A DNA stretch of 64,000 bases from Candidatus Magasanikiibacteriota bacterium. GTDB taxonomy: Bacteria; Patescibacteriota; Patescibacteriia; Magasanikbacterales; GWA2-37-8. Each line of letters starts with the position of its first letter. The stretch's first letter is position 1. Of the stretch, positions 9,632 through 18,916 are shown piece after piece. Both the position numbers and the translations under genes were made by a program. Location of the stretch: contig CAWDHY010000001.1 in assembly GCA_963802255.1 (NCBI GenBank), positions 427,842 to 491,841 of the forward strand, given 5' to 3'. Under the pieces are notes generated by a model. It was given only the letters and a program-made list of their open reading frames with translations, did not search any database and was not told the origin of the DNA.

Positions 9632-10720
9632 ATGAAAATTCTTTACCTTATAACCAAATCCGAAGCTGGAGGCGCGCAAACCCATGTAGCCGATCTTTGT
9701 CGTTACTTTAAAAACCAGGGAAACGAAATCTCAATCATGAGTCGGAGCGGAGGATGGCTGGAAGAAGAGTCTAAAAAAATCGGAGTTAGTTTTATTACTA
9801 ATAATTTTTTTGGCAACAGCGCGAATCCGTTCAATATTTTCAGGGCAATCAAAAAGATAAAAAAATATTGCGATGAGTTTAAGCCGGATATTTTACACTG
9901 CCACAGTTCGGCGGCCGCTTTTTTCGGCCGGCTGGCAGTTCGCGGGAAAATCAGGACAATATATACGGCGCATGGTTGGGGCTTTAATATCGGGATGAGT
10001 CCATTTATCCGATGCGCTGTTTTAATAGCTGAAAAAATTACAGCCAAATATACGGATAAATATATTTGCGTTTCAGAGTTTGTAAAAAAATTGGCGCTTA
10101 AATACCACTTAGCGCCCGTGGAAAAATTTGTAGTAATATATAACGGCGTTGCGCCCCAAGCGGTTTTGACGGACGGCAACAAGAATGCCGGAATCCGTCT
10201 TATGTTTGTTGGCCGGCTGGCGGAACCAAAAAAACCCGAGCTAATTATTGAAGCTGTAAGTTTACTCCCATCTGAAATTAAAAATATAGTAACAGTAGTG
10301 ATAATTGGCGATGGTCCGAAACGCCATTTTCTTTCCGATCTTGCTGTCCATAAGGATGTCATGGTAGACTTTAAAGGCGTTTTGGCAAAAAACCTTGTCC
10401 TTGAACAAATTTCAAATAGCGATATTTTCGTTTTCGTGTCCGCCTGGGAGGGTTTCCCTTATACAATTTTGGAAGCAATGTCATGCGGATTACCAATTAT
10501 AGCGAACGATGTTGGAGGAGTAAGAGAAGCCGTAAATGAACAAAACGGCATTTTAGTAAAAAATGAAGTTAAACCAATTCAGGAAGCCATATTGCGATTA
10601 ATTAATAACAAAGATTTACGGTTTAGATTGGGCGGTCAGGGAAGGAAAGATGTAGAAAAAAAATTCTCTTTGCAAAAAATGTTAATTGAAATTAATAACG
10701 TATATAATAAATCTTTATGA
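9632..10720 (+). CDS. GT4 (group 1) glycosyltransferase
   Basis: 362 aa. '[19 protein letters not shown]' N-terminus and C-terminal '[29 protein letters not shown]' (the GT4 E-x7-E region). Confidence 0.7.
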   Translation: MKILYLITKSEAGGAQTHVADLCRYFKNQGNEISIMSRSGGWLEEESKKIGVSFITNNFFGNSANPFNIFRAIKKIKKYCDEFKPDILHCHSSAAAFFGRLAVRGKIRTIYTAHGWGFNIGMSPFIRCAVLIAEKITAKYTDKYICVSEFVKKLALKYHLAPVEKFVVIYNGVAPQAVLTDGNKNAGIRLMFVGRLAEPKKPELIIEAVSLLPSEIKNIVTVVIIGDGPKRHFLSDLAVHKDVMVDFKGVLAKNLVLEQISNSDIFVFVSAWEGFPYTILEAMSCGLPIIANDVGGVREAVNEQNGILVKNEVKPIQEAILRLINNKDLRFRLGGQGRKDVEKKFSLQKMLIEINNVYNKSL

Positions 10721-11652
10721 AAAAAATATTAGTCACCGGAGGTGCTGGTTTTATCGGATCGCATTTATGCAAACGTCTGTTAGATGAGGGGAATGAGGTT
10801 ATTTGCGTTGATAATTTGTTTACCGGCGCAAAAACCAATATTTATTCCTTGTTTAAAAATAATAAATTTGAGTTCATACGACACGATGTAACTTTTCCGC
10901 TTTATGTGGAAGTTGATGAGATATATAATTTAGCTTGTCCGGCCTCCCCAGTGCACTATCAGCATGATCCGGTTCAAACAACGAAAACAAGTGTTCACGG
11001 CGCCATAAACATGCTTGGCTTGGCAAAAAGGATAAAAGCTAAAATTTTACAGGCGTCCACTTCTGAAGTTTATGGAGATCCGGAAGTCAGCCCTCAGCCG
11101 GAAAGTTATTGGGGCAGAGTTAACCCCATCGGGATACGCTCGTGTTATGACGAAGGTAAACGGTGTGCCGAAACACTATTTTTTGACTATCATAGACAAA
11201 ATGGCGTCAACATAAGAGTCATACGCATCTTCAATACTTATGGACCGAATATGAATCGTGATGATGGGCGTGTTGTCTCAAATTTTATCGTTCAAGCACT
11301 GCAAAATAAGGATATTACAATCTACGGCGACGGTTTGCAGACAAGGTCTTTTCAGTATGTTGATGATTTAATTGAAGGAATGATTTTGATGATGAATAAC
11401 AAGGAAGATTTCACCGGCCCCGTTAATATCGGGAATCCGGTCGAATTTTCCATTAAGCAGTTAGCGGAGAAGGTTTTGGAATTAATTCCGAAAAGTAAGA
11501 GTAAAATTATTTTTTCCGCCCTGCCTCAAGATGACCCCAGGCAAAGAAAACCTGATATTTCTTTAGCAAAAGAAAAACTGTCTTGGTCGCCAAAAATTGA
11601 TTTACAAGATGGTCTTATATCAACCATTGAATATTTTAAGAAAATCGTTTAA
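10717..11652 (+). CDS. uxs: UDP-glucuronate decarboxylase (UDP-xylose synthase)
   Basis: 311 aa short-chain dehydrogenase. '[17 protein letters not shown]', '[15 protein letters not shown]', 'STSEVYGDP' and '[11 protein letters not shown]' closely match UXS/ArnA-decarboxylase family proteins. Confidence 0.8.
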   Translation: MKKILVTGGAGFIGSHLCKRLLDEGNEVICVDNLFTGAKTNIYSLFKNNKFEFIRHDVTFPLYVEVDEIYNLACPASPVHYQHDPVQTTKTSVHGAINMLGLAKRIKAKILQASTSEVYGDPEVSPQPESYWGRVNPIGIRSCYDEGKRCAETLFFDYHRQNGVNIRVIRIFNTYGPNMNRDDGRVVSNFIVQALQNKDITIYGDGLQTRSFQYVDDLIEGMILMMNNKEDFTGPVNIGNPVEFSIKQLAEKVLELIPKSKSKIIFSALPQDDPRQRKPDISLAKEKLSWSPKIDLQDGLISTIEYFKKIV

Positions 11653-11657
11653 GTTGA

Positions 11658-13070
11658 ATGATTATGAATGTACTGTATATAGGCGGCGGGTTTGTTGGAG
11701 CTTGCTCTGCCGCGGTTTCGGCCGATAGCGGGCACAATACATTGGTGTATGATATTGATGAAAAAAAGGTAGAAAATTTAGGTTCATGCGATCGGGATAA
11801 AATTGAAGCCTGCCTTTTTGAAAATGGTTTGGCGGAAATGCTGATTCGGAATAAAGAAAATATTAAATTTTCGTCCGATTATAATAATGTTATAGAATTC
11901 CTTGATTGCGTAGAGGTCGTATTCATGTGCTTGCCGACACCGGAAAAAAATTATGAATCCGGAGAATCGGATTTAAGTTATTATTATGCTGCGACAGAAA
12001 AATTGGCGGCTAATTTGTCAAAACGGAATGGTGGAAAACAAGAAAAATATGTTGTGATAATAAATAAGAGTACAGTGCCGATTGATATGGTAGATGAAAC
12101 GCGTCGTATAATGGAAAACTTTAAAGTAGTTAATTTTGGCGCAGTATCAAATCCGGAATTTCTTGTTGAAGGCAAAGCGATAGAAGGATCTATTCACCCC
12201 GACAGAGTATTGGTTGGTGCATCAAGTCAGAAAGATTTTGATATTATCAGACGGCTTTATCAAAGATTTTCTAATTCGTCATCAATAAAATATATTGAAG
12301 TTAATCCTAAAGAAGCAGCCGCTGCAAAACTTGCTGCAAATTATATTCTTTTTAATAAAGTGGTGGCAACATATGAGGTGGTAGGCAGAATGTGTGAAAT
12401 ATTTAACGGTATAAAATTTGAGAATATTCGCGCTGCGTTGACGAGCGAACCAAGAATTGGCAGCTGGGGTTTTTATAACAGCGTTTATGCCGGAGGAAGT
12501 TGCTTTATTAAGGACGCGTTATCTTTAGCTCACCAGATGGAAGAAGCCGGCGCAAACGCAAATTATGTCCGTCAAACTTTGAATTCAAATACTTTTCAGC
12601 GTGATCATTTTTTTAGCCGGGCTCAAAAAGAAGCAAATTTTGATTGGAAGGATAAAAATGTTGCGATATTAGGCGTGGCTTTTAAGCAAGACACGAATGA
12701 CATAAGGAATTCAGCCGCCATCGATATTGTTGAGCATTTAATCAATTGTGGTGTTGAAACCGTGCGAATATATGACCCTGCGGCCATGCTGATGTTTAAA
12801 AACATGTTAGATCCGATAAAGAATGTTCATTACGAAAAAATTGTTTATTTTGATAATGAAATTGATGCGCTACGAGGAACAAATGCGGTGCTAATATTAA
12901 CCGATTGGCCGAAATTCAGAGCAGTAGGCGATGTGATTATGGAAAACTGCAAGACACCTTATTTGATTATGGATGGAAGGCGTATGATTGCGGACCAGTT
13001 TGAAAAATTATCAGATTTGGGTTACGATATTTTGGCAGTTGGCAGTCCTTTTATTAAAGGAAAAAAATAA
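11658..13070 (+). CDS. ugd: UDP-glucose 6-dehydrogenase
   Basis: 470 aa. N-terminal Rossmann 'YIGGGFVGACSA', 'NPEFLVEGKAIEG' and the catalytic Cys motif 'GGSCFIKD'. The true start may be ATG 11667 (MNVLYIGGG). Confidence 0.8.
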   Translation: MIMNVLYIGGGFVGACSAAVSADSGHNTLVYDIDEKKVENLGSCDRDKIEACLFENGLAEMLIRNKENIKFSSDYNNVIEFLDCVEVVFMCLPTPEKNYESGESDLSYYYAATEKLAANLSKRNGGKQEKYVVIINKSTVPIDMVDETRRIMENFKVVNFGAVSNPEFLVEGKAIEGSIHPDRVLVGASSQKDFDIIRRLYQRFSNSSSIKYIEVNPKEAAAAKLAANYILFNKVVATYEVVGRMCEIFNGIKFENIRAALTSEPRIGSWGFYNSVYAGGSCFIKDALSLAHQMEEAGANANYVRQTLNSNTFQRDHFFSRAQKEANFDWKDKNVAILGVAFKQDTNDIRNSAAIDIVEHLINCGVETVRIYDPAAMLMFKNMLDPIKNVHYEKIVYFDNEIDALRGTNAVLILTDWPKFRAVGDVIMENCKTPYLIMDGRRMIADQFEKLSDLGYDILAVGSPFIKGKK

Positions 13071-13073
13071 TTT

Positions 13074-13988
13074 ATGAGCAAATATTTAATTACCGGCGGT
13101 GCCGGATTTATCGGAGCAAACTTAGTAAAGAAATTACTCAGCGACGGCCATGAAGTTGTTGTGGTTGACAATTATGCCGGAGGGAAAAGAGAAGACAGAA
13201 TATTTGACGGCGCGAAATATATTGATGAAGATGTCGGTAATTTAGATAAGATTAATGAAATTTGTAAAGAAAAATTCGACGGAATTTTTCATATGGCGGC
13301 TTTGCCGAGGGTTTCCTATTCGGTTGAACACCCGGTTGAAACGCATCAGACAAATGTCACAGGGACATTAAATGTTTTATTTGCGGCGAAAGAAAATAAT
13401 ATAAGACGTGTTGTATTTTGTTCTTCTGCGGCAGTTTATGGTGATCAGGAAAAAACTCCAATGGATGAAACACTTCAGCCACGGCCGGTCAGTCCATACG
13501 GATTACATAAATTAATGGGGGAGCAGTATTGTTCGCTGTTCAGTACTCTCTATGGTGTTGAAACCGTAAGTTTGCGGTATTTCAATGTCTATGGCCCGTA
13601 TTTTGACCCTGAGGGCGCTTACGCGCTGGTGGTTGGCAAGTTTATTGAACAGAGAAAAAATAATCAGCCGATGACAGTTTGCGGTGATGGTGAATACTAT
13701 CGTGATTATATTCATGTTTTAGATGTTATCAGCGCGAATTTGGCGGCAATGGAGAGTACTGCGGTTGGAAAGGGAGAAATTATTAATATTGGAAGCGGAG
13801 AGAGTTGTTCGGTGAATGATTTGGTAAAAATGATCGGCGGACCGGCGGTAAATATCGCCCCGCGACAGGGCGACCCGTTAAGAACCGAGGCTGATATCGG
13901 AAAGGCGAAAGAACTGCTTGGCTGGGCACCAGAAATAAAATTAGAAGATGGAATTGCCGAATTAAAAAAAGAGTGGGGAATAGAATAA
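13074..13988 (+). CDS. NAD-dependent epimerase/dehydratase (GalE-like UDP-sugar 4-epimerase)
   Basis: 304 aa. '[17 protein letters not shown]' Rossmann motif and a catalytic YxxxK ('YGLHK'). It sits directly after ugd-uxs. Confidence 0.6.
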   Translation: MSKYLITGGAGFIGANLVKKLLSDGHEVVVVDNYAGGKREDRIFDGAKYIDEDVGNLDKINEICKEKFDGIFHMAALPRVSYSVEHPVETHQTNVTGTLNVLFAAKENNIRRVVFCSSAAVYGDQEKTPMDETLQPRPVSPYGLHKLMGEQYCSLFSTLYGVETVSLRYFNVYGPYFDPEGAYALVVGKFIEQRKNNQPMTVCGDGEYYRDYIHVLDVISANLAAMESTAVGKGEIINIGSGESCSVNDLVKMIGGPAVNIAPRQGDPLRTEADIGKAKELLGWAPEIKLEDGIAELKKEWGIE

Positions 13989-13989
13989 T

Positions 13990-14031
13990 AAAAAAATCCC
14001 GGCCAATCAAGCCGGGATTTAAAATTATTTT
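13990..14031. terminator. bidirectional rho-independent terminator
   Basis: Hairpin 'atcccggc-caatcaa-gccgggat' flanked by an A-run upstream and a T-run downstream. It lies between the convergent epimerase (+) and rpmA (-) genes. Confidence 0.5.
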
Positions 14032-14032
14032 T

Positions 14033-14311
14033 TTACGCAGTTACCACGCTGACAAATTTTGCTGTTTTCAGCGCTCCGTCAAAGCGTTTGCGTTTTCGTG
14101 TTGCAAACTGAACTTTGCCATTGGCGGTTGAAAAGAGGGTGTCGTCATTGCCTTTTTTAACATTTTTACCGGGATGAATTCTTGTACCGCGCTGTTTCAC
14201 AATAATCATACCCGGTTTGATTGTTTCTCCGTCGTGAACTTTTACTCCCAGCCGTTTTGCTTTTGAATCTCGGCCGAGCCGTGTAGAACCGCCGGCTTTC
14301 TTATGGGACAT
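14033..14311 (-). CDS. rpmA: 50S ribosomal protein L27
   Basis: 92 aa '[24 protein letters not shown]...' is the canonical L27 N-terminus. Confidence 0.9.
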   Translation of the reverse strand: MSHKKAGGSTRLGRDSKAKRLGVKVHDGETIKPGMIIVKQRGTRIHPGKNVKKGNDDTLFSTANGKVQFATRKRKRFDGALKTAKFVSVVTA

Positions 14312-14427
14312 ATATAAAAATGATTATTTTATAAAATAAAAATCATAAATGATTAGTGCCAGCATTATATGATAAAATCGGCTTCTTGTCAAGAGAATAC
14401 TACTTTGATAAACTTGGAGGCATAAAT

Positions 14428-15465
14428 ATGCCACTTTTTTTAGCTTCTGCTACAATTTGTTTCGTTTTATCGCTTGTTGTCCGTAAATTGGCCATAAAAG
14501 TGAACGTGGTGGATTCTCCGGACGACAATCTGAAAAAACACGCTTCTCCGGTTCCTCTTTGGGGCGGACTGGCGGTATTTTTAGCTTTTTGGGCGGTTGT
14601 ATTTTGGCTGATTTTTTTTACCGACATTAATCATAAGCATCTTTCAGACGCAAGTTTGATCGGAATTTTTTTGGGTAGCACAATTTTAGTCGTTGTCGGG
14701 CTGATTGATGATAAATACAAGATTTCACCTTTGAGCAGGCTGGGTGCTACGGCGGTGGCGGCTTTTTGCGTTATTGCCGGTGGTACCGAACTGACCGCTA
14801 TCACCAACCCCTTTGGCGGATACATTCCTCTCGATCTATGGCAAGTTGGGGATTTATTAGTGCTAGCTAATATTCTGATTTTTTTATGGATCTTCGGTAT
14901 GACTTATACGGTAAAGATTTTGGACGGTTTAGATGGCTTGGTAGCTGGTGTAGTGCTTATAGGCGCGCTGATGATACATTTTCTAACCGCTTCGGGAAAA
15001 TTTTATCAGGCGGATATTACCGCCATTTCATTGATTCTTGCCGGTGTCTGCGCCGGTATATTAGTACTTAATTTCCATCCGGCAAAAATATTTCTCGGTG
15101 AAGCAGGCGGTTTATTTTTGGGTTTTATTTTAGGCGCGCTGGCCATTGTCGCCGGCGGAAAAATTGCCACCGCTCTTTTAGTAATGGCTGTACCGATATT
15201 AGACTTGGTCCGCGTTATCTATTTGCGGATCAAGACAGGTCAAGCTGTATTCACCGGAGACCGCCGTCATCTTCATTTTAAATTGCTGGATTTGGGTTTT
15301 GGACACAGACAGACGGTTGTATTTTATTATTTTATCGCTTTTTCTTTTGGTATTACCACGCTTTTTTTGCATAGCTGGGGTAAACTGATAGCTCTCGGAA
15401 TTTTAACAATCGGCATGGTGGTTTTTGGCTTTTGGCTGGCCGGTAAAAAAGAAAAATATGTCTGA
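14428..15465 (+). CDS. undecaprenyl-phosphate sugar-1-phosphate transferase (WecA/MraY superfamily)
   Basis: Polytopic membrane protein with the 'ILDGLDGLVAG' motif of the MraY/WecA family. GGAGG lies 8 nt upstream of ATG 14428. The ORF-track start at 14356 is probably an upstream extension. Confidence 0.7.
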   Translation: MPLFLASATICFVLSLVVRKLAIKVNVVDSPDDNLKKHASPVPLWGGLAVFLAFWAVVFWLIFFTDINHKHLSDASLIGIFLGSTILVVVGLIDDKYKISPLSRLGATAVAAFCVIAGGTELTAITNPFGGYIPLDLWQVGDLLVLANILIFLWIFGMTYTVKILDGLDGLVAGVVLIGALMIHFLTASGKFYQADITAISLILAGVCAGILVLNFHPAKIFLGEAGGLFLGFILGALAIVAGGKIATALLVMAVPILDLVRVIYLRIKTGQAVFTGDRRHLHFKLLDLGFGHRQTVVFYYFIAFSFGITTLFLHSWGKLIALGILTIGMVVFGFWLAGKKEKYV

Positions 15466-15928
15466 AAAAAGTAAAATTAAAAAATGGCACATATATTCAT
15501 TTATAATTATCGTTATCGCTTTTATCGGTTTAAAATTGTTTGATATATTTTATTGGCCCAGTGCTCACATTCAAATTGGCGGTCAGGAAATCAGTGTTAA
15601 AGTCGCAGACACTCCGTCGCATCAGCATAAGGGCCTAAGCGGAAAAAATGGTTTGGGGGAAAATGAGGGAATGTGGTTTAAAATGACTACGCCCGGTTAT
15701 TACACAATGGTTATGAGAGATATGAACTTTTCAATTGATATTGTTTGGATCAACGAGAATGAGATTGTTGACATCGCCCCTGGTTTATTGCCCGAAAAGG
15801 ATAGCCCTGAAGCCCTGTTAACGCGCTACAGGCCTCGTTTGCCTGCTACAGCGGTCATTGAACTCCCGGCAGGTTTTGCTTCGTCTAATGGTCTAAAAAT
15901 AGGGGATACGGTTGTTTTTATGCCATAA
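15458..15928 (+). CDS. DUF192 domain protein
   Basis: N-terminal TM helix then 'GMWFKMTTPGYYTMVMRDMNFSIDIVWINENEIVDI...AVIELPAGFASSNGLKIGDTVVF', typical of DUF192 (COG1430). Start taken at ATG 15458. It overlaps the wecA-like stop. Confidence 0.45.
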   Translation: MSEKSKIKKWHIYSFIIIVIAFIGLKLFDIFYWPSAHIQIGGQEISVKVADTPSHQHKGLSGKNGLGENEGMWFKMTTPGYYTMVMRDMNFSIDIVWINENEIVDIAPGLLPEKDSPEALLTRYRPRLPATAVIELPAGFASSNGLKIGDTVVFMP

Positions 15929-15932
15929 GCGC

Positions 15933-15961
15933 TTGACATTTTATTAAAATATTGCTATTTT
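15933..15961 (+). promoter_or_regulatory. candidate sigma70 promoter for rplU
   Basis: TTGACA (15933-15938), 17 nt spacer, TATTTT (15956-15961), about 30 nt upstream of rplU. Confidence 0.35.
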
Positions 15962-15984
15962 ATAGTCCTTACAAATAACTAACA

Positions 15985-16299
15985 GTGAAATTTATGTACG
16001 CAGTAATTGAAACCGGCGGTAAACAATATCTGGTAAAAAATGGTCTTAGCTTAAAGATTGAAAAATTGCCTAAAGTTGAAGGTGAAAAAATATCTTTTGA
16101 CAAGGTACTATTAACCGCTAATGACAAGGGTGGAGACGTAAAAATCGGCGATCCGTATCTGGCCGGTGTTAGCGTTGAAGCTACGATCGTAAAACAGGGC
16201 CATTACAAGACTGTCAGAGTTGAAAAATTCAAAAGAAAAGTCCGTTATCACAAAGTTCACGGACAGAGACAAAGATTCTCAGAAGTTAAAATCGCATAA
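15985..16299 (+). CDS. rplU: 50S ribosomal protein L21
   Basis: 'MYAVIETGGKQYLVKNG...' is the canonical L21 N-terminus. The start may be ATG 15994. Confidence 0.9.
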   Translation: MKFMYAVIETGGKQYLVKNGLSLKIEKLPKVEGEKISFDKVLLTANDKGGDVKIGDPYLAGVSVEATIVKQGHYKTVRVEKFKRKVRYHKVHGQRQRFSEVKIA

Positions 16300-16302
16300 A
16301 AG

Positions 16303-16333
16303 AAAAACCCCGGCTGGATGTCGGGGTTTTTTA
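16303..16333. terminator. bidirectional rho-independent terminator
   Basis: 'aaaaaccccgg-ctggatgt-cggggtttttt' lies between convergent rplU (+) and recR (-). Confidence 0.55.
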
Positions 16334-16927
16334 GTGCCGGTTTTTTAGCGCGCTGCCGAGAGTAATTTCATCCGCGTATTGCAGGTCTGAACCCATGGGC
16401 AAGCCGCGGGCCAGCCGTGTAATTTTAATCGCCGGCCATCGTTTTTTTATTTCTCTGTCCAGATACATGGCGGTAGTTTCTCCGGGAAGGTCCTGATTTA
16501 GGGCCAGAATAATCTCCTTAATTTTTTTTGTCTCCATCCGCTTCCACAATTCCGCAATTTTAATATTGCCGATGGCGTCATTAACTTCGGTAGCGTCTAT
16601 TAATCCGCGCAGTACATGAAATGACCCGCTATATTCATTTGTTTTTTCAATAGCGGCGATATCGGGAACTTCGGCGACAATACAAATGATTGATTGATCG
16701 CGTTTTGAGCTGGCGCAAATAGGACAAGGTGAGATGTCGGAAAAATTCCAGCATGTTTCACAGCTCTTAACCTTTTTTAATAAGTTGTCCAGTGATTCCC
16801 GCAATTCGTTGACTTCTTTTTTTCCCGACGCCAGCCAATGAAAAACAAAACGCTCGGCCGTTTTTTGACCGACCGAGGGCAGCTTTTTAAGCGCTTCAAT
16901 CAGATTGTTGATTGGCGCGGAGTACAT
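16331..16927 (-). CDS. recR: recombination protein RecR
   Basis: 198 aa. N-terminal helix-hairpin-helix 'LIEALKKLPSVGQKTAERF', a C4 zinc finger 'CETC...CPIC' and a Toprim-like region. Confidence 0.9.
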   Translation of the reverse strand: MYSAPINNLIEALKKLPSVGQKTAERFVFHWLASGKKEVNELRESLDNLLKKVKSCETCWNFSDISPCPICASSKRDQSIICIVAEVPDIAAIEKTNEYSGSFHVLRGLIDATEVNDAIGNIKIAELWKRMETKKIKEIILALNQDLPGETTAMYLDREIKKRWPAIKITRLARGLPMGSDLQYADEITLGSALKNRH

Positions 16928-16936
16928 AAAAAATAA

Positions 16937-17245
16937 TTATGATTTCATTCCCGGCAGATCGAATCCGCCCATTTCCTGCATTTTTGTCGCCACGGTTCGT
17001 TGCATTTTTTTAAGCGCGTCATTGTGGGCATCTTTTACAGCGCTTTGCAGTTTTTCTTTTTTGTCCGGCGACATTAATTCATCATCAATTTTTATCTGTG
17101 TGATGTTTAATGAGCCATCCATAGTTAAAGATACTTTGCCGAACGCGGCGTCGCAGGTTACCGACTCACCGCTTAACGCGCCTTGCAGGCGTTTACCTTG
17201 CTCGCGTAAATCCTTGAATTGTTTGAGTTTAGAGAAAACTGACAT
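16937..17245 (-). CDS. ybaB: YbaB/EbfC family nucleoid-associated protein
   Basis: About 102 aa from ATG 17245 ('MSVFSKLKQFKDLREQGKRLQ...GGFDLPGM'). This is the typical YbaB size and C-terminus, located upstream of recR as usual. The longer ORF-track start (17344) is rejected. Confidence 0.8.
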   Translation of the reverse strand: MSVFSKLKQFKDLREQGKRLQGALSGESVTCDAAFGKVSLTMDGSLNITQIKIDDELMSPDKKEKLQSAVKDAHNDALKKMQRTVATKMQEMGGFDLPGMKS

Positions 17246-17303
17246 ATAGTGAAAATTAGAAATTATAAAGACATGAATAATTATATCAGATTTTTCAGAA
17301 AAA

Positions 17304-18767
17304 TTACATCGGTGGAGTCTGCGGCACCTCGGGTTTCTTTTCAAAATCCGATTTAGGGCGGAGTTTAACCGGCGCCTGCGGGATATTTACGTTGGATAGA
17401 TTTTTTGATTGCGGATCCAAATTTTTAAATGAAGTGCATGCTTCATTAAAGAAAACCTTAACCATGCCGGTTGGTCCGTTACGATGTTTTTCAATTCTTA
17501 ATTCAGCGATATATCTCTCATCCGGCGAAATATCCTCCGGACGATAATTTGTATCGCGCGCTTTTCGATATATAAACATTACCACATCGGCATCCTGCTC
17601 AATTGAACCGGATTCCCGCAAATGAGACAGCTTTGGTATGGCCGGCTTGCTTTGTTCAACCGCGCGGGATAATTGCGAAAGTGCGATGACCGGTACATTG
17701 AGTTCGCGGGCGATACCTTTTAATCCGCGGGTTATTTCAGCAACTTCCTGCACGCGATTTTCCTGATTGCTGCGCGATTGCATCAGTTGAAGGTAATCAA
17801 TGACAATTACACCGAGGCCATGCTCGGCCTGCAGACGCCGGGCCTTGGTACGCAATTGCAATATGTTGATATTTGGTGAATCGTCGATAAATATCGGGGC
17901 CTCCGACAATTTACCGATTGCGTGACCGATCCGCGGGAAATCATCATCCTCGGGCCGGTCTGAAAGACGGCCGCTCCGAAGGCGCCAGAGATCGATATTG
18001 GCCTCTGCGCAAAGTAAGCGGTCTACCATTTGTTCCTTGCTCATTTCCAAAGAAAACATACCGACCGGCACTTTCAATTTTGTACCGATGTGCCTGATAA
18101 AATCTAAAGCCAGAGATGTTTTTCCGACACTGGGACGGGCGGCGATAATAATCAAGTCTGATTTTTGAAAACCGGCGAGCAATTGATCAAGCTGGATGAT
18201 GCCGCTGGCGAGACCGCGCAGTTGACCCTTATTTTTATGCAATTCATCAATGCGGTCGAAGGCATCAGCCAACACGCCGCGGATAGGGGTAAATGTTTGT
18301 TTGAAATAATTTTGTGATACGCCGAATAGATGTCTTTGTGCTTCGTCCAGGACGTTATCAATTTCTCCCTCTTCGGCATAACCCAAACGGCTGATTTCGT
18401 GAGCGGCGGTTAACAGGCGTCTACGGGTTGCTTTCCGGTGCACAATTGAAGCGTAATTGACCACATTGGAAGCCGTAGGAACTGAATCGGCCAAAGCAAC
18501 CAGATATGATTTTCCGCCAATGTTATCCAGCAGATTTTTTTCTTTTAAACGGTTGCTTAAAGTCAGTAAATCAACCGGCTCATTGTGAGAATATAATTCA
18601 ATTATTGTTTCATAAATTTTAGCGTGTCCGGTTTTATAAAAATCTTCCGGCGAAACGATATCGGCGATTTTTAATATTGCTTCCTTATCAATCAAAAGAG
18701 AGCCGAGTAGTGACATCTCGGCTTCTAAACTTTGAGGCGGTACTTTGTCTATTTGATTATCATCCAT
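17304..18767 (-). CDS. dnaB: replicative DNA helicase DnaB
   Basis: 487 aa. N-terminal 'PPQSLEAEMSLLGSLLID', Walker A 'ARPSVGKTSLAL', and a RecA-like core with a Pro-rich C-terminal tail of about 45 aa. Confidence 0.9.
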   Translation of the reverse strand: MDDNQIDKVPPQSLEAEMSLLGSLLIDKEAILKIADIVSPEDFYKTGHAKIYETIIELYSHNEPVDLLTLSNRLKEKNLLDNIGGKSYLVALADSVPTASNVVNYASIVHRKATRRRLLTAAHEISRLGYAEEGEIDNVLDEAQRHLFGVSQNYFKQTFTPIRGVLADAFDRIDELHKNKGQLRGLASGIIQLDQLLAGFQKSDLIIIAARPSVGKTSLALDFIRHIGTKLKVPVGMFSLEMSKEQMVDRLLCAEANIDLWRLRSGRLSDRPEDDDFPRIGHAIGKLSEAPIFIDDSPNINILQLRTKARRLQAEHGLGVIVIDYLQLMQSRSNQENRVQEVAEITRGLKGIARELNVPVIALSQLSRAVEQSKPAIPKLSHLRESGSIEQDADVVMFIYRKARDTNYRPEDISPDERYIAELRIEKHRNGPTGMVKVFFNEACTSFKNLDPQSKNLSNVNIPQAPVKLRPKSDFEKKPEVPQTPPM

Positions 18768-18916
18768 GTTTTTGTAAAAAGGAGAATCCCCGTCGACATG
18801 AGGATCCTCCTTTTTGGTCGTTCAATTACTCGGGTATGCTATCTTAAGAGGCCGGCTTTAGCAAGCAAGAAAGACTGATAATATGTGCGTAAATTGTTGA
18901 TAAAAAAGCCGCATAT

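Noticed and set aside
9703-10362. 219-aa antisense ORF inside the GT4 gene (9632-10720)
   Set aside because: It lies entirely within a well-supported GT4 CDS on the opposite strand. It has a low-complexity Ser/Ile-rich translation with no motifs. Long spurious antisense ORFs of this kind are common; the S9/L13 one below sits in a GC-rich stretch.
14356-14427. Upstream N-terminal extensions suggested by the ORF track (wecA 14356; also ybaB 17344, zinc-ribbon 24038, mnmA 24482, greA 56215, PgsA-like 19624, LigB-like 41046)
   Set aside because: In each case an internal ATG sits at the family-typical N-terminus, often with a Shine-Dalgarno motif. The extensions have no homology-like features. 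Two of them (ybaB, wecA) would overlap neighbouring genes or promoters.
18789-18812. Adjacent GTCGAC (SalI) and GGATCC (BamHI) hexamers, which might indicate vector or polylinker contamination
   Set aside because: The hexamers are part of an imperfect hairpin in a native AT-rich intergenic region. Genuine genes sit in normal orientation on both sides. Two 6-mers occurring by chance is plausible and nothing else looks vector-like.
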